DNA from: Bilabrum cf. latius
Lineage: Eukaryota
Length of the DNA: 64,000 nt
Direction: 5' to 3'
Assembly (NCBI GenBank): GCA_965178125.1
Contig: OZ237753.1
Span: forward strand, 310,001-374,000
The notes below the pieces were generated by a model. The model was not told where the DNA came from, did not search any database, and saw nothing but the letters and a program-made list of their open reading frames with translations. Both the position numbers and the translations under genes were made by a program. Shown one piece after another: positions 26,373 to 38,500 of the stretch; position 1 is the stretch's first letter; every line of letters starts with the position of its first letter.

Positions 26373-28375
26373 CCCTCTCCTTGCGCTTGGCCGCAACCTG
26401 CAGCTCAAGCTACCGCATCGCCGCCTCCATCCGATTCGTGATGCCAGCATACAGCCGCAACCGGGCGTAGTGCTCCCCTTTCCTCTCCGCCTCCGACAGG
26501 TCCTCGTCATCCACGGGTAGCAGTCGCGACTCTGCCGCGACGTATGGGGGAACGTTCCTTCCTGACGGCAGGGTTCGCCCGGGGTACCGCATCAGACGCC
26601 TGCCGTCAAGCTGCGCCGATTTCAGGTGCTCGAACTCCTCCGGGGGAACAACTGTTCCCCTGGGCTCGTCCTCCAAGTAGGTGGGAGCGATGGAATCGAG
26701 TCCGTCATAGCCCACAGTGGATGACTTGATGCTGCCTGGGGGTGCGTACGCTCCCGCCGCAGGGCACCGAATCTTGGCGGCGTCGATGTCCGCTGCGTCA
26801 GTTCCTGTCGGCTCCTTGCCCGTGTCTTCCGGTGCGGGCGACAATGATGATGACGGCGACACGTTGGACCCCTAGCTTGCCTCGATTTGCTCTATCCTGG
26901 CCAGCATCCTCTGCATGCTCCTTGCGTCCCTCCTCTGTTCGTAGCCCCTGATGAGGTCTGTGTAGGGCACAGGATCGCCGATGGCTATGTCTATGGTAGA
27001 CCCAGGGGTAGGGAACAGGTGCATGACGTCGTTGTTGCTGTTTTGCGGCAGGACCTTGTCCATGCCCTGGTGGTAGATGGGCACGAGCAATGCCTCCGTG
27101 TCGGACTCGCTCATGGCGCGAGCCAAGCCCCACTTGAATGGGCCCAATCTGCTTCCGGGCTGCGTGCATCTCCCGTTCCAGTGGCACCACCTGCCCTGCT
27201 CGTTCCGCAGGGGTATGCCGCCCTCCTGCCAGGTCCGGGCCTCTGGGAATGCGTGCACCCACTCGCCACCCTGGATCTTCCTCCTCATCATCTCAACTGG
27301 CCCCTGGTATATGCTCGCCCCACGGAGGATAGGGACTACTTTTCCTAGGCCAACGTAGGTCCCCATTGCTTCGTTCGGAAAGCACTGCTCCTCCGTGCAG
27401 AAGTGCCACATGGACTTGTGGTTGTCGACCCAGGTCTCAACGGGCATGATGCTGCGAGCGGGGATGGAGGATGGGGGATGGGGGATGAGCATGAAGTGCG
27501 ATGCTATTTCGTGCAGTCTAGGCTAGTTTATCAGTCAGCTGGTATGATTGCTTTGTCATCCTTCGATATCAGTACGAAAGAGTGCAGCCAAAGCCGGTTC
27601 GAGGAGCCGAGAACGAGAAGGGTAGGACGACCATCCGTGCCATGCCGCGAGGGATAAGGCAACGATTTTGCTTAGTTTCCACCATCATTTTGTTGTATTT
27701 AGCAATAAAACAGTACTGAGACGCGGTTCCATGGCATTGTACGACCAAAAAGTTGAGATTTACTCACAGAGTCGACAAGAATGGATCGTCGATGCAAGAG
27801 TGGTGATTAGCGAATGAAACCATAGCTTTGTCTTTCCTACTGCGAGTATCGACACAAGTAAAACTAATTGGGCTCGAGTAGGATGGCACACGCTGTTTCA
27901 TTGCGTATGAACCCCGGTGAACTCACTCAAGTATATACTTCCGAAGCTTGTCCTATCCGTAGACCTTGTGGTCCTGTGTCAGCCTCATGTAGCAATACAG
28001 CGTGACACCTGCTTAATAAGTAAATATGCTGTCATCCGGTCTAATTCGAACTAGAGTTCTCGCGCGTGCTGAAAGGAAACTGCCACTTACTTGTTGAAGC
28101 TATCATGATACGAGATCCTAGGTCATACAGGCCTTTTTCGATCCAAGAGCTCGGCTCGGGAGGGATTCCTAACTGCACCAGTGCATTCAAGGGGATTGAC
28201 TTGGAGAGCGGTTCGAACAGGGCAGGTAGCAATGCTCGAGTGAGGTATACTGCTGCCGCACATGTTTTTCAAAGAATTCAAGGTCGTTGTTTCGCCTTGG
28301 GCGGTACTTATGGGACACAAACGCAACACCTGTACCTAATGCACCAAGTCCTGCAACTGCTAGTCGTCGATACAT
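26347..28375 (-). CDS. TAZ: Tafazzin-family phospholipid (cardiolipin) transacylase, exons 28262-28375, 28091-28172, 27927-28008, 27768-27839, 26347-27451
   Basis: NHHSCIDDP acyltransferase motif, GKVVPILRG.SIYQ, WVHAFPE, PFKWGLAR and PIYHQGMDKVLP. Four phase-compatible GT-AG introns, in-frame TAGs at 27953, 26872 and 26410, and a TGA stop. Confidence 0.88.
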
Positions 28376-28530
28376 CGTGATTTTTGTGAGTGATGTGATG
28401 CAAGCGGGAACGGCCCAACTCTAGTGATGACAAGCGTGCACTGCAGTTGCGGACGAAAACGTCAGCTGAACCCTGTCAGATCAGCCAATACAGTACCAGT
28501 AGCCAGTCAGTTAATGCACACTAGAAGCCC

Positions 28531-29223
28531 TTAACCCTTTCGCGCCGGCTTCTTCACGCCAGGCCAAACTCTCTCCTCGGTTGGATCCCACTAGATCTAT
28601 CCGACAGCCTTCTCAAACGATCTCATCGCGGCTGAGCTGCCTTCCATCATTCGCACTGGCCTGTGAGGAACGCTTCGATACAAAGATAATGCTTGCTTCC
28701 TGCGCAGTGGCACAGCACCAGATCGCATGGCGCTGCTGTGGTCAGCTAGCTTGAGCGAGCGCGCGAGTGTCCTGGCGGAGCTCAGCAAATCGGTCTTTTC
28801 ATCATCCGACATAGCAGCAGCCCTATTTGTTGATGCATTGCTGTATTTCTATTTTGGTGTGCGCTTTGGTTTGCTTGCTGCGCCGCTTGGCTGGACGTTG
28901 CCGCCGACCAGGGTCCTGCTCGCTCGAATATCCCCAGGCGGCCCGAAGTCGATCTGCAGCGAACCGAAAAGCTCCGACTGCATGAACTCGCTCTGCATCC
29001 CTTTCATCTATGTATTTTTCTAGCTTTCTACTGGTTTCGGATGAATTGGGCTCATTGCCAGCGCCGGAATCGGAAGGTTGGGCGAGCCCACTTGCTCGGT
29101 CGCTTTCACTTCTTCTTGGTCTCGCAGCTCCTATTGCAAGCATTCCATGAATCTTCCAGCGCACTCTTTCTCAAACAAACGAGGATCTTCATAAATTCCG
29201 TCCACACCGAGCATCGCGTCCAT
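28531..29223 (-). CDS. Hypothetical protein (~230 aa), ending in TAA
   Basis: ORFs 29131-29343 and 28597-28812 are in one frame, linked only by TAGs (MDAMLGVDGIYEDPRLFEKE...WPGVKKPARKG). The first non-TAG stop is TAA at 28531-28533. No family recognised. Confidence 0.5.
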
Positions 29224-29728
29224 TGTAGCAGTTGTTGTTTTGTGAGCGGGCGTGCAGCGACACGCTCGGACGAAACCGAATCGGAAGCAACTACTTGATC
29301 CGATCTTAGCAACCAGCCGCAAGAGTGTGGCGGAGACTCGCACGAACTATCACAAAGAATGGGACCTCCTCATCTGTACGTTTGTACGTTTTGTACTGAA
29401 ATGAATCAGAGTGAACCGCTCCGCCGCAGGCTGCCTTGCGGGAGCGGCAGAGCTTTGCACTGGCAACTCGAAGTCCATTCAGAGGGACGGCAGTCATACT
29501 GCATGCGATCCCACGAGACAGTTGTACTTATGTGGACAATCAAGCAATGCTTCCGTCTCGTTTGATCAACCATTCGGGTCCACAGACCGCGATTTGTGTT
29601 GTGTTCTCGGTGTAAAATTGTAAGGTGCCATTTATGCGACAAACCGCACATATGCAGTGCAGCCTACCAGGGCAGAAGCTTATTCAGCAGTGCGATTGCT
29701 GTCCCTTCATTAACTTCATATTCTAAGA

Positions 29729-30622
29729 ATGCGCGTCTCGGCTCGAGCTGCAAGGCGAATTGTTTCGGAATCGACCCTAGCTGCTGGGTCTTGTGCCGCA
29801 AGGCATGCCTCGTCGCTTGCTCTACCTTCCGATGTGGGGGTAGCAGTATGCACTCCTCGTCAATAGGATAATTGTTGGGGAAGCAAGAGATCAGGAGGAG
29901 TTTGGCGCCAGTAGCGTGCAGGAATGGCAATGATGTAGCCCAAGAAGAAGGCTGGGGAAGGTGGGCCTGTGATGCACGTCGACCCCAGGCTTTCGGATTT
30001 GTTGAAGAGAATGGCCCTTCCAGACTTTACTCCGTAAGTATATATAGTGTCCATACGAGCATGTCGCGCGCTTCTCGTCCTGGGATGGTTCGATATGATG
30101 CTCCGCCCAATCAACCCAATCAACCAACGCAGACCAGAGAGGACGAAGGAGGACTTGGAGCTCGGATATAAGCTCGGTAGAAGGTATAATAGATGGTGCT
30201 AGAGGCGCCATAACGCTTAGAACAAAGACATGTCAACGAAGATGAAGCACCGGTACGAGGCCCTCCACGCGCTGTCCGACGACCCGACCTTGCAAGCCGA
30301 GGTGCTCGTTCACAAGTTCGAGACGATCGAACCACTGGGCAGGATGCGCCAAATCGACTCTCGACCCCCGATCATGGGCTGGCACAGGGAGCAGGACGAC
30401 GAAGAAGAGGAAGAAGAGGTGGATGAGGAGGCGAGGGCCAGCGGCCGAGCCAAGCGGGTGCAGCGCGGTGCTGCCAGCCAGGCCCTCTTCGGGGAGGCCG
30501 TCGATCTGGACGAGGACGAGGACGAGGACATGGATGCAGAGGCGCTGCTGAAGAAGAGGCGCGCGGCTGCCAGGGCGAAGGCGAAGGCCAGGGCAGCACG
30601 CCGGAACAAGAAGAGAAAGTGA
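29729..30622 (+). CDS. Probable mitochondrial ribosomal protein mL40 (MRP-L28 family)-like, exons 29729-30033 and 30133-30622
   Basis: Arg/Ser/Ala-rich presequence-like N-terminus (MRVSARAARRIV...WRQQRAGM) and a GTAAGT...CAG intron. The helical core LGRRYNRWCQRRHNAQNKDMSTKMKHRYEALHALSDDPTL resembles mL40. Five in-frame TAGs and a TGA stop. Confidence 0.55.
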
Positions 30623-30950
30623 GGCGGCGAAGGTGCGGTCGTTGGTGCCATCGCCATGTAGCAGCTTTTGAATTGGATTGGTACAGATGCCTTCAACAAC
30701 TTATGCAAATGTTACAATTTCAATGACGATGGCGCACTTACGGTCAATTGTGATTGTACTGGATCCACCGTGGCTGGAACTGGATAGTCTAACGAATGTG
30801 CACTGCTTGCCTCACGCATTGCCTCGAACGAACGTTGAACCAATCAAAATCACGGCACTACCCTCACACTGGAGAGACCCGCATCCACAAAACAGCCTCA
30901 GCCTCTGCCCATCCACCCCCCCCCCTTTCGCATCATCCCAGGTGGCGCTC

Positions 30951-32446
30951 TCACAGGTAGAGCCCCTCCGGGATGTTGCCCTTCTTCTTGTACAGGGCCT
31001 TCTCCTTGGCTTGCCTGAAGTCCTCCTGAGTCACCTTCATCCTCCTCTCGCGGAGGGCCAGCAGACCGGCCTCCGTGCAAACCGCCTTGATATCGGCTCC
31101 GGACAGCTCGTCCTTGGCCATGACGAACTCCTCCAGGTCGACATCGTCCGCGAGGTTCATCTTGCCCGTGTGGATGTTGAAGATCCGGCGCTTGGTCTTC
31201 TGGTCGGGCAGGGGGAACTCGATCTTGCGGTCGATCCGGCCGGGCCTGATGAGAGCGGGGTCCAGGGAATCTATCCTGTTGGTCGCCATGAGCACCTTGA
31301 CGTCGGAGCGCTCGTCGAAGCCGTCGAGCTGGTTGAGCAGCTCCAGCATTGTTCTCTGGATCTCCCTCTCTCCGCCGCTGTTGCTGTCGTACCTCTTGGT
31401 ACCCACGGCATCGATCTCGTCGATGAACACGATGGAGGGCGCGTTCTCCTCTGCCACCTTGAAGAGCTCCCTCACCAGCTTGGGGCCGTCGCCCAGGTAC
31501 TTCTGGATCAGCTCGCTGCCGACCATGCGGAGGAATGTCGCGGAGGTCTCGTTGGCAACTGCCTTGGCCAGGAGGGTCTTGCCGGTGCCCGGCTCCCCGT
31601 ACAGGATGACCCCTTTCGGGGGCTTGATGCCGATGTCCTCGTAGAGCTCGGGGTTGGTGAGCGGGAGCTCCACGGCCTCCTTGATCTCCTGGATCTGCTT
31701 GTCCAGGCCACCGATGTCCGCGTAGCTTTCCAACGGGGCCTTGTCCACCTTCATCATGTTAACAGAGGCGTCGGAATCGTCCGCCAGAATGCCAACGACG
31801 CTCGACGTCCGGTTGTGCAGCAGGATGGAGCAACCGGGCTCCAGCTGGTCCTGATCCACGAACGAGCAAATCGTGACGTACATCTCCGGGCCGCCACCAG
31901 AACTAATAATGCAATGAGTATCGTCAATAATTTCCTCTAGCGTGCCGACGCTGAGCGGGGAGCCCCGCACGTCATCCAGCTTTTCCTAATCCTCCTTATC
32001 CGTCTTCTCCTTCGGGTTCAAGGCGTCCTAGTTTCGGATGAACTCCTCTTCCATCAACAAGTAGTCCTTCACTCGATTCAACTTCAACATGCGGAGCTTG
32101 CACTTTGTTGTGGGAAACACTTTCGGCATTTTGCTGGAGGCGCTTGCCCCCTTGTGACGTCGTTTCTTGCCAACTCGCCCGGGTGGCTTGATGTCTGCGA
32201 GACATTAGGGGTAAATCATCCAAATCAAATGCATCGCTGGACATACTCCTGGAAGGGAGCGACAGGGCGCCGAATATCAACGGATCGACGTCTCTTACCA
32301 AACCTCTTGCGCTTGGCCTTCTCTTGCTCCTTTTTCTTCTTCTTAGCCGCATCGCTGCCACCAAACCCGCCTGGCCCGTCATCTGGAGGAGGCGCGCCCC
32401 CTCCAAATCCTCCCATTCCAAAAGGTGGTCCGCCGCCGCCGTCCAT
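30951..32446 (-). CDS. PSMC1: 26S proteasome regulatory ATPase subunit Rpt2 (exons 32299-32446 and 30951-32194)
   Basis: Walker A GEPGTGKT, Walker [23 protein letters not shown]-terminal GLYL and N-terminal [13 protein letters not shown]. Intron 32195-32298, two in-frame TAGs (32028, 31986) and a TGA stop. Confidence 0.96.
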
Positions 32447-32588
32447 GACTGTCCAAGAATGCCGACCACGCTCGCTCAAATCTCAAAACCGGTTGCAACC
32501 TTTTTTAAAGGCGCGGCGCCTCGCATTCGGTTCCGCAATTCAACCGTTGCACTAACTCGGTCTTTGAATACGTGATAGGTCAACCAAC

Positions 32589-35500
32589 ATGGATGACCAT
32601 CCGGGGTCATTCGAAGAGTGGTATGAGAGAAAGGTAGAGCAGGAAGAAGAAGAGCGAGAATCCCGGAGACGGGATCCAGAGGCGGAGCGAGAGGAACGCG
32701 AGATCGCGGAATAGAAGGCAAGAGAGGCTTACGAGGGTTGGATCTTGAACAAAGAGAATCGTGAACGTGCTATAGCTTCTTTGTGGAAACTGGATACTTC
32801 CAGGGCGTCAGACGAATCGTCCTGGAGAGAAGTTGGGCGTGCTCTGGCAGCCGTGGACGTCTCCCTCGGGATTCCCTGCCCGGAAAAGATGCCACACCTC
32901 GGCCCAGTGCAATCTGCTCGGCCGGAATAGCGCTCCCTATTCGTAGATTTCGTGCGCTGGAGCCGGGAGCACCACGCATTCGACGATGCCGTGTTCCCGA
33001 AACGGCTCGAGGATCGGCTCACCAGGGGGTTTCGGCAGCAGCTGGACGAGGACCCGGAAACCGGAAAGCTCAAAATGAGCGGATTGCGCTTTGAGGAGCC
33101 CCCGGAGGTTCCTGCGGGGCAGGTGCCCCGCCCCCTGACGCTCGACGACAAGATCAGGAACCGCCTCTTCCACCTCCTGTGCCTGCGTGCGTGGAAAGGA
33201 GAGTACAGGGAGGCGGAAGCGGAAATCGAGCCTCAAATCGAAGAGGAGAAGCAAAAAGCAAGAGACTCGATCGAGAAAGCCAGAGAGCAGGCGGCCAGGG
33301 AAGGCAGGGAGATGGGTGGTGCCGCAAGTGGGGGCAAGAGGGGTGCCGCTGGCAGCAAGGCAGAGGCAGAGGGGGAGGACGAGGACGGGATGTCTCCTTG
33401 GGAAAACGAAGATGCCATGAGAAGAGCCGCCATACGGGCCCTGGGGGTGGGCAAACTGGCGCGGTGGGCGGGAGACGATGCCAGGAGGCGCAAGAAGAGG
33501 GAGAGGATTGAGAGGGACGACAAGCGGGCAGAGGCAGATGCCACGCACCGGAGGTGGGTGGAGAGAAAGCAGCGCACTGCAGTGAGGCTGCCTCCCGAGG
33601 GCCATCCCGCTGCGGAACCAACCGGCGGTGGTGCGATCTCCAGACGTGAGAGGCTGGCACACCCAGGAAGGCCCCAGCGGTTCGACTTCACATTCCGAAC
33701 CAAGTCGCACCGGAGGCCCCCGCCCGCGCCCACCGCCACCGCTGTGGATTCTGCCCTGCGTTGCAGGCTGCCGGGCCAGAGGTACGTCCACACGGGCCAC
33801 TGGCACGCGCCTCCCGACGGTCAGGTGGATGACAGCGACCTGGGTCGGTCGAGGCGCGCGCTCCTTGAGCGCGGTTTCGTGCACAAGGAGAACTTCAAAG
33901 ATCCCGAGGTGGGTGACGTCGACGAGGAGGGACTGGAGAAATACAGGGAAGAGAAAGAAACGAACCCGGTGCTGCAGGCGCAGCAGAGGGAGAAGGAGCA
34001 GGGCAGGCGAGAGAAGCTGCTGGGATACGCCCGGTGGAGGGGCCGCACCACCAGCAGGCAGCTGGCCATGAGGCTCCTGGCCTGTGTTCCCCGAGGAACA
34101 AGACCACCCATGGTAGATCAGGTCGTCCCCGCCCTCCTTCGTAAGGCAGAGGGCGGGTCCATGCGGCGGGGACGGGACGATGGTGCAGAGGGCGCCGCGC
34201 ACACATCTGCGGAACTTGAAGACGCGGCCCTCCGAGCCGTAGGTGCGATCACAGACGGAAAAGTGCACGGTATCATTGACTTGGAGGCGGGTGACGTGGA
34301 ACGACTCAGCGGCTCGATGACCGCCGCTGACTTTGTGGCGAGGAGGGGCGTGGGCGCCGGAGAGGGCAAGGATGCCGACTCTGACGACGACTATGAGGAT
34401 GAGGGTGAGGGTGATTTCGATGAACGCGGGCATGGGGGTGGTGCCGGCTCGATGGACGACTATGATTCTGACGGTGGAGTGGGGGATCCGCTGTTCCAGG
34501 AGGAGGGCGCGAGGAGAAGGGGAAGGAAAAAGAGCAAGCGTCGCCGCGGCTCGCGGACTCGGAAGGGCAGCGGTCAGGATGACGATGGCGATGGCGATGA
34601 CGACGATAGCTACAGTGACGATCACGAAGATGATGAGGATGACGATAAGTATAGCAGCGACGGAAGCAGCCGATCAGGCGGAAGCAGTAGGAACGGCAGC
34701 GACGAAGATGATGACGAGGAGGAGCGGGCAAGGAGCCGAGTCGCCCGCCAGTTGCGCGAGATGGGCGTCGATGAGGACGCTGAGGCAGAGGCGAGACGAA
34801 TCGCCGAGAACGCTGATGTGAAGGCAGACACGGCGGGGCGATTGCTGTGGCTTGCGGTGGGTCAGAGTCTCAAGCGGATCGACGGTACGCTGCAGGTGCC
34901 GTTCACGCGATGGGCGAGGCCGGTGGCAACCCCGTCGGATTGCGAGAAGGCGTGGGGCAGGATGGAGCGGGGTGGGGGCGGCGGCGGGGGCATGCTGGCG
35001 GCAGGAGCCGCCGGTGGTGCGGGCGACGGGATCGGTGGCAGAGGGTTCGTCAGTCCAGAGCAGGAGGAGGCCGTTGCTTTCCTTAAGCAGGTGTCGAGGC
35101 AGGGCCGGAGGTCGTTGCGGCTTGGGGTCAGAGCAGTGGTTGCGAGGCCGCCGGCTGCTCCGATCCTTCGAAGGGTGGCCAAACTGGAGCCTCCCCCTTT
35201 GCCCATGGCCATGGCCGTAGGGCGCGGATGGGCCCGCGGGCCTCCTCTTGTTCCCTGGCTGGAGGGGCTGTCCCGGGAAGCGCGCAAAGACATGTCCGTG
35301 GCGGGGGAGCTTGGCCTCCTACCGTCGTACGGTGCCAGCTTGCACCTGGCGTGGGGACTGCCGCCAGGGTCGCCGCCCGAGAGTTTCTACGTGCTGGAAT
35401 GCTGCGGCTCCACGGGCTCGAGGCAGCAGCGCAAGGCTGACTGGCGGGCCGTGATCACGGACCCGCCCTCGGCCAGGGGTTGGGGCAAGGGCAGAGACGG

Positions 35501-38500
35501 CTCGCCCTCGCCAGCGAGGGGCCTCCCTGCTGGGGGGGTGGTGCTCCGTGGGCTTCCTCCGGGCCGTGAATTTCACTTTCGGCTCCGGGCGCTGAATGTT
35601 CACGGTGCCTCGCCCTACCACGCCATCGTGGCCTCCACGTGTCCGGTGCCAGCGCCCCGCCCGCTGGCTGCAAAGGTCGGCAGCAAGTCCATCCGACTGG
35701 AGTGGGGCATCTCCGCGGCACAACGTGCTGTGACGAGTGCGCTGCGCGGCTTGTGGGTGCGCGAAGCCAAGGCGTGGAGGGCTATCAGGGAACAAATGCT
35801 TGAGGGAACAGCGACTGCTCCGGGCCGCAGGCTCATGCTTGAAGACGGGTACGAGGACGATGACTATACCCGGGGCCAGTTCGGTGGCGTGGGTGCTGGC
35901 AGCACGGCTGTTGGAGCGCATGCCCCTTTGCTGCCATCGTTACCGCTAGCGGAGGGCAGGCAGGGCGAGACGATGATCCTTGCGGGCGGGTTGGCAGCGG
36001 TTCCTGGGAACGGCAATGGCGAGTCAGAGGACGCGGCGGAAGATAGCGGCGCCAGCCCGGACATTCCGGCGAGTAGGATCCTGCAAGCAATCGCTAGTGA
36101 TCAGCACCTGCACGCTGACTGCGCCGCACTGGCCTCCATGCTGCCGGGCGTGCAGGAGGCGGGGCTGGCAGCTGCAGCGGCAGAGGAATCGCTCGGGTAG
36201 GGCGATGGGTGCGGCTTTGTGGCCATAGCGAAGCGCTGCATGCCAGTGGTGGGCTGGAACGAGCTGCCTTGGTCCAACACGGCGCGCGCCCTGGCCGTGA
36301 CGGGCGGTGACGGCCCGGAAGAAGTCGCGCTTGGCGCTCGGCGCTCTTTCGTCCGTAAGGCAGGTCCTGGGCTGGGCGCACTCGCGGGGTGGCTGGACCA
36401 GATGAGCGGGGACGGTGATGGCGTGCAGAGCAGGAGGCGCCGAAGATCGAGGCAGCGATCGGCAAGCAGCAGCGCCGCCAGCGAAGGTGCGAAGGATGGC
36501 GGCGACTCTGGACCGGACGGTGGCAAGGCCTAGGATACAGAGACGGGCAACAAGGAAGGCGCTGATTCCGACAGCGATCGCGACGGGTACAGCGACGATG
36601 GTGACGACCTGGACGCTGAGGAGCAAGGCGCTCGCGTAAGCTGGCAGCAGTTCGCGCAGCACGCCGCCTTTCTGATCGGGCTGCCACTGGAGGAGCTTCT
36701 CCCGGCGGGAGCGTCTCCTGTGATGAGTGCGACCGGCCTTGTCACTGTAGGATCTGGCATGCTTGGGCCCTCTGCGGCGGCAATGTCTGCACGAGGCGTG
36801 TCAGGCGCTGGCGCTATCGTCCCGATGGCTGGGAGCGAGATGCCACACGACGGCGGAGGACCACTCCGGGGAGCGATCCCGGGAGAGTTAAGCCTCAGCC
36901 AGTCGTCTTAGTCCACGGCTGGAGTGCACAGTGCCAGGCGCCCGGTCTCAGCGCGCTCCAGGGCGGGCCGCCAGGGAACAATGCAGGGAGCGAGCGGGCG
37001 CCCCGGTGGGGTGAGGGCCTCGCTCAGCCGTGGGGCTGCACCGCTGCGGCGCAGCGCCAGCGGTGTGATGAGTGGTTCCCCCCGGGGAAGAGAGTCGAAC
37101 GCGCTGGCGATTGCAACCCCAAGGTCTCCGCGGCGGGGCTCGCAGGAAGTTGCGGTGGGTATGACGGCGGGAGCCGCCTCAATCGCCCGCGCGCGCGCGA
37201 GCGGCGGATCCACCGGTGGGTTGGGAGGCACTGCCCGCTACGGTTCGTCCGCTGCCGCCGCAGCTGCCTCGGCCCTGCCTCCTGGGTTCCGGTACGTTCT
37301 GGAGCAGAGCGTTTCGGACCCACCGGCAGGTGCGGAGAGCAGGAGGAGGAACAAGGGACGGGGCGGCAAGAGGGGCGGAAAGGGCCAGCGCAGGAGCTGG
37401 AAGGTGCTGTACCAAGGCAGGAGCCCATGGAGGGAGATAGAGGGCCTAAACTCCGGCTGTGCGTACGCCTTCCGGGTCAGTGTGACGAGTGAGGATGGTC
37501 AGGTGGTCAGCCGGCCGTCCCCAGTGCGGATCGTCACGACGGCCCTGCCTCGACCGGAGACCCCTGCGGTCACTGGCGGAAGCAGCGGAGGAATGGGAGC
37601 GAACGCTCGCCAGGCTGTCTCAAGTTTGCCCACCGAGGTGTCGATCCGGCTGCCTCCGCCAAGCGGCGCAGTGCCTGCCTCCACGGAGGCCGTCAGGGCG
37701 GCTGCTCGTAGGACTCAAGGCGGCGGAGACGAAGACAGCGACAGCGGAGGTGCTAGACCTTCGACTGCTGCGGGCGGTTCCGCAGCGCAGGTGTTGCGCG
37801 GCGCCGAAGGGGGCGGTGCGAGCACCACTCCGGACGACTAGGTCATCGCGCTGATCGGCACTTGGACGGGGGACGACGATGAAGGCGGCGCTATACTGGG
37901 CAGCAAGTCCAAGGGCAGCGGCAAGACCAACGGCTCGAATGGGAGCGCAGGCGATGCCGGGCCCGGAGTCGATTTAGCCAGGGTGTGGGCAGCTGAAGAC
38001 AGGGCAGGTGAGGGAGTGCTTCCCCTAAGCTGCCTCCCTGCCGTGCTGCGCCGTCTTGGCGCGCCAGCCTGGAGAGATGCCTGGCAGCTGCGGGCTGCCG
38101 GTGCTGCGCTGGATCCGCTGGGCAGCGGTAGCGTGCGGTTTGCGCGATTCAGGGCTTGGTGGCGCGGCGAGGCGCTGTTGTCAGCAAAGCAGTGGCAGCA
38201 AGCCAGAGAGCAAATGGTCATGGAACAAGAGAAAGGAGAGGCCGGGAGGGGAGCAGGCGCCGCTGGCCTGCTGGCTCTGTCAGACGATGCCAGTGCCGGG
38301 CAGCCCGCTGGAGATGCGAGCGCAGTTGCAGGCTTGGCCACCCGCGCCGCCCCAGCTGGGCTGTCCGCGCCCGGGCCCGAGGCACCTGCGGTCTGGGAAG
38401 TAATTGTGTAGGGGCTACCTGCGACAGGAGCAAGGTTGCCCACGGGATGGACCAACGGTGATCCCGCTAAGGCGGCTACCATGGCTGCGCTGCGCACCAC

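Noticed and set aside
29306-30335. Minus-strand ORFs at 29306-30335 as a gene
   Set aside because: They are not in a consistent frame and have no motifs. Most of the region is better explained by the plus-strand mL40-like gene with a canonical intron.
30678-31940. Long antisense ORFs (e.g. 30678-31940 +, 32937-34625 -, 231-1064 +, 41219-42253 +)
   Set aside because: These are shadows of GC-rich coding sequence on the opposite strand and contain no recognisable motifs.
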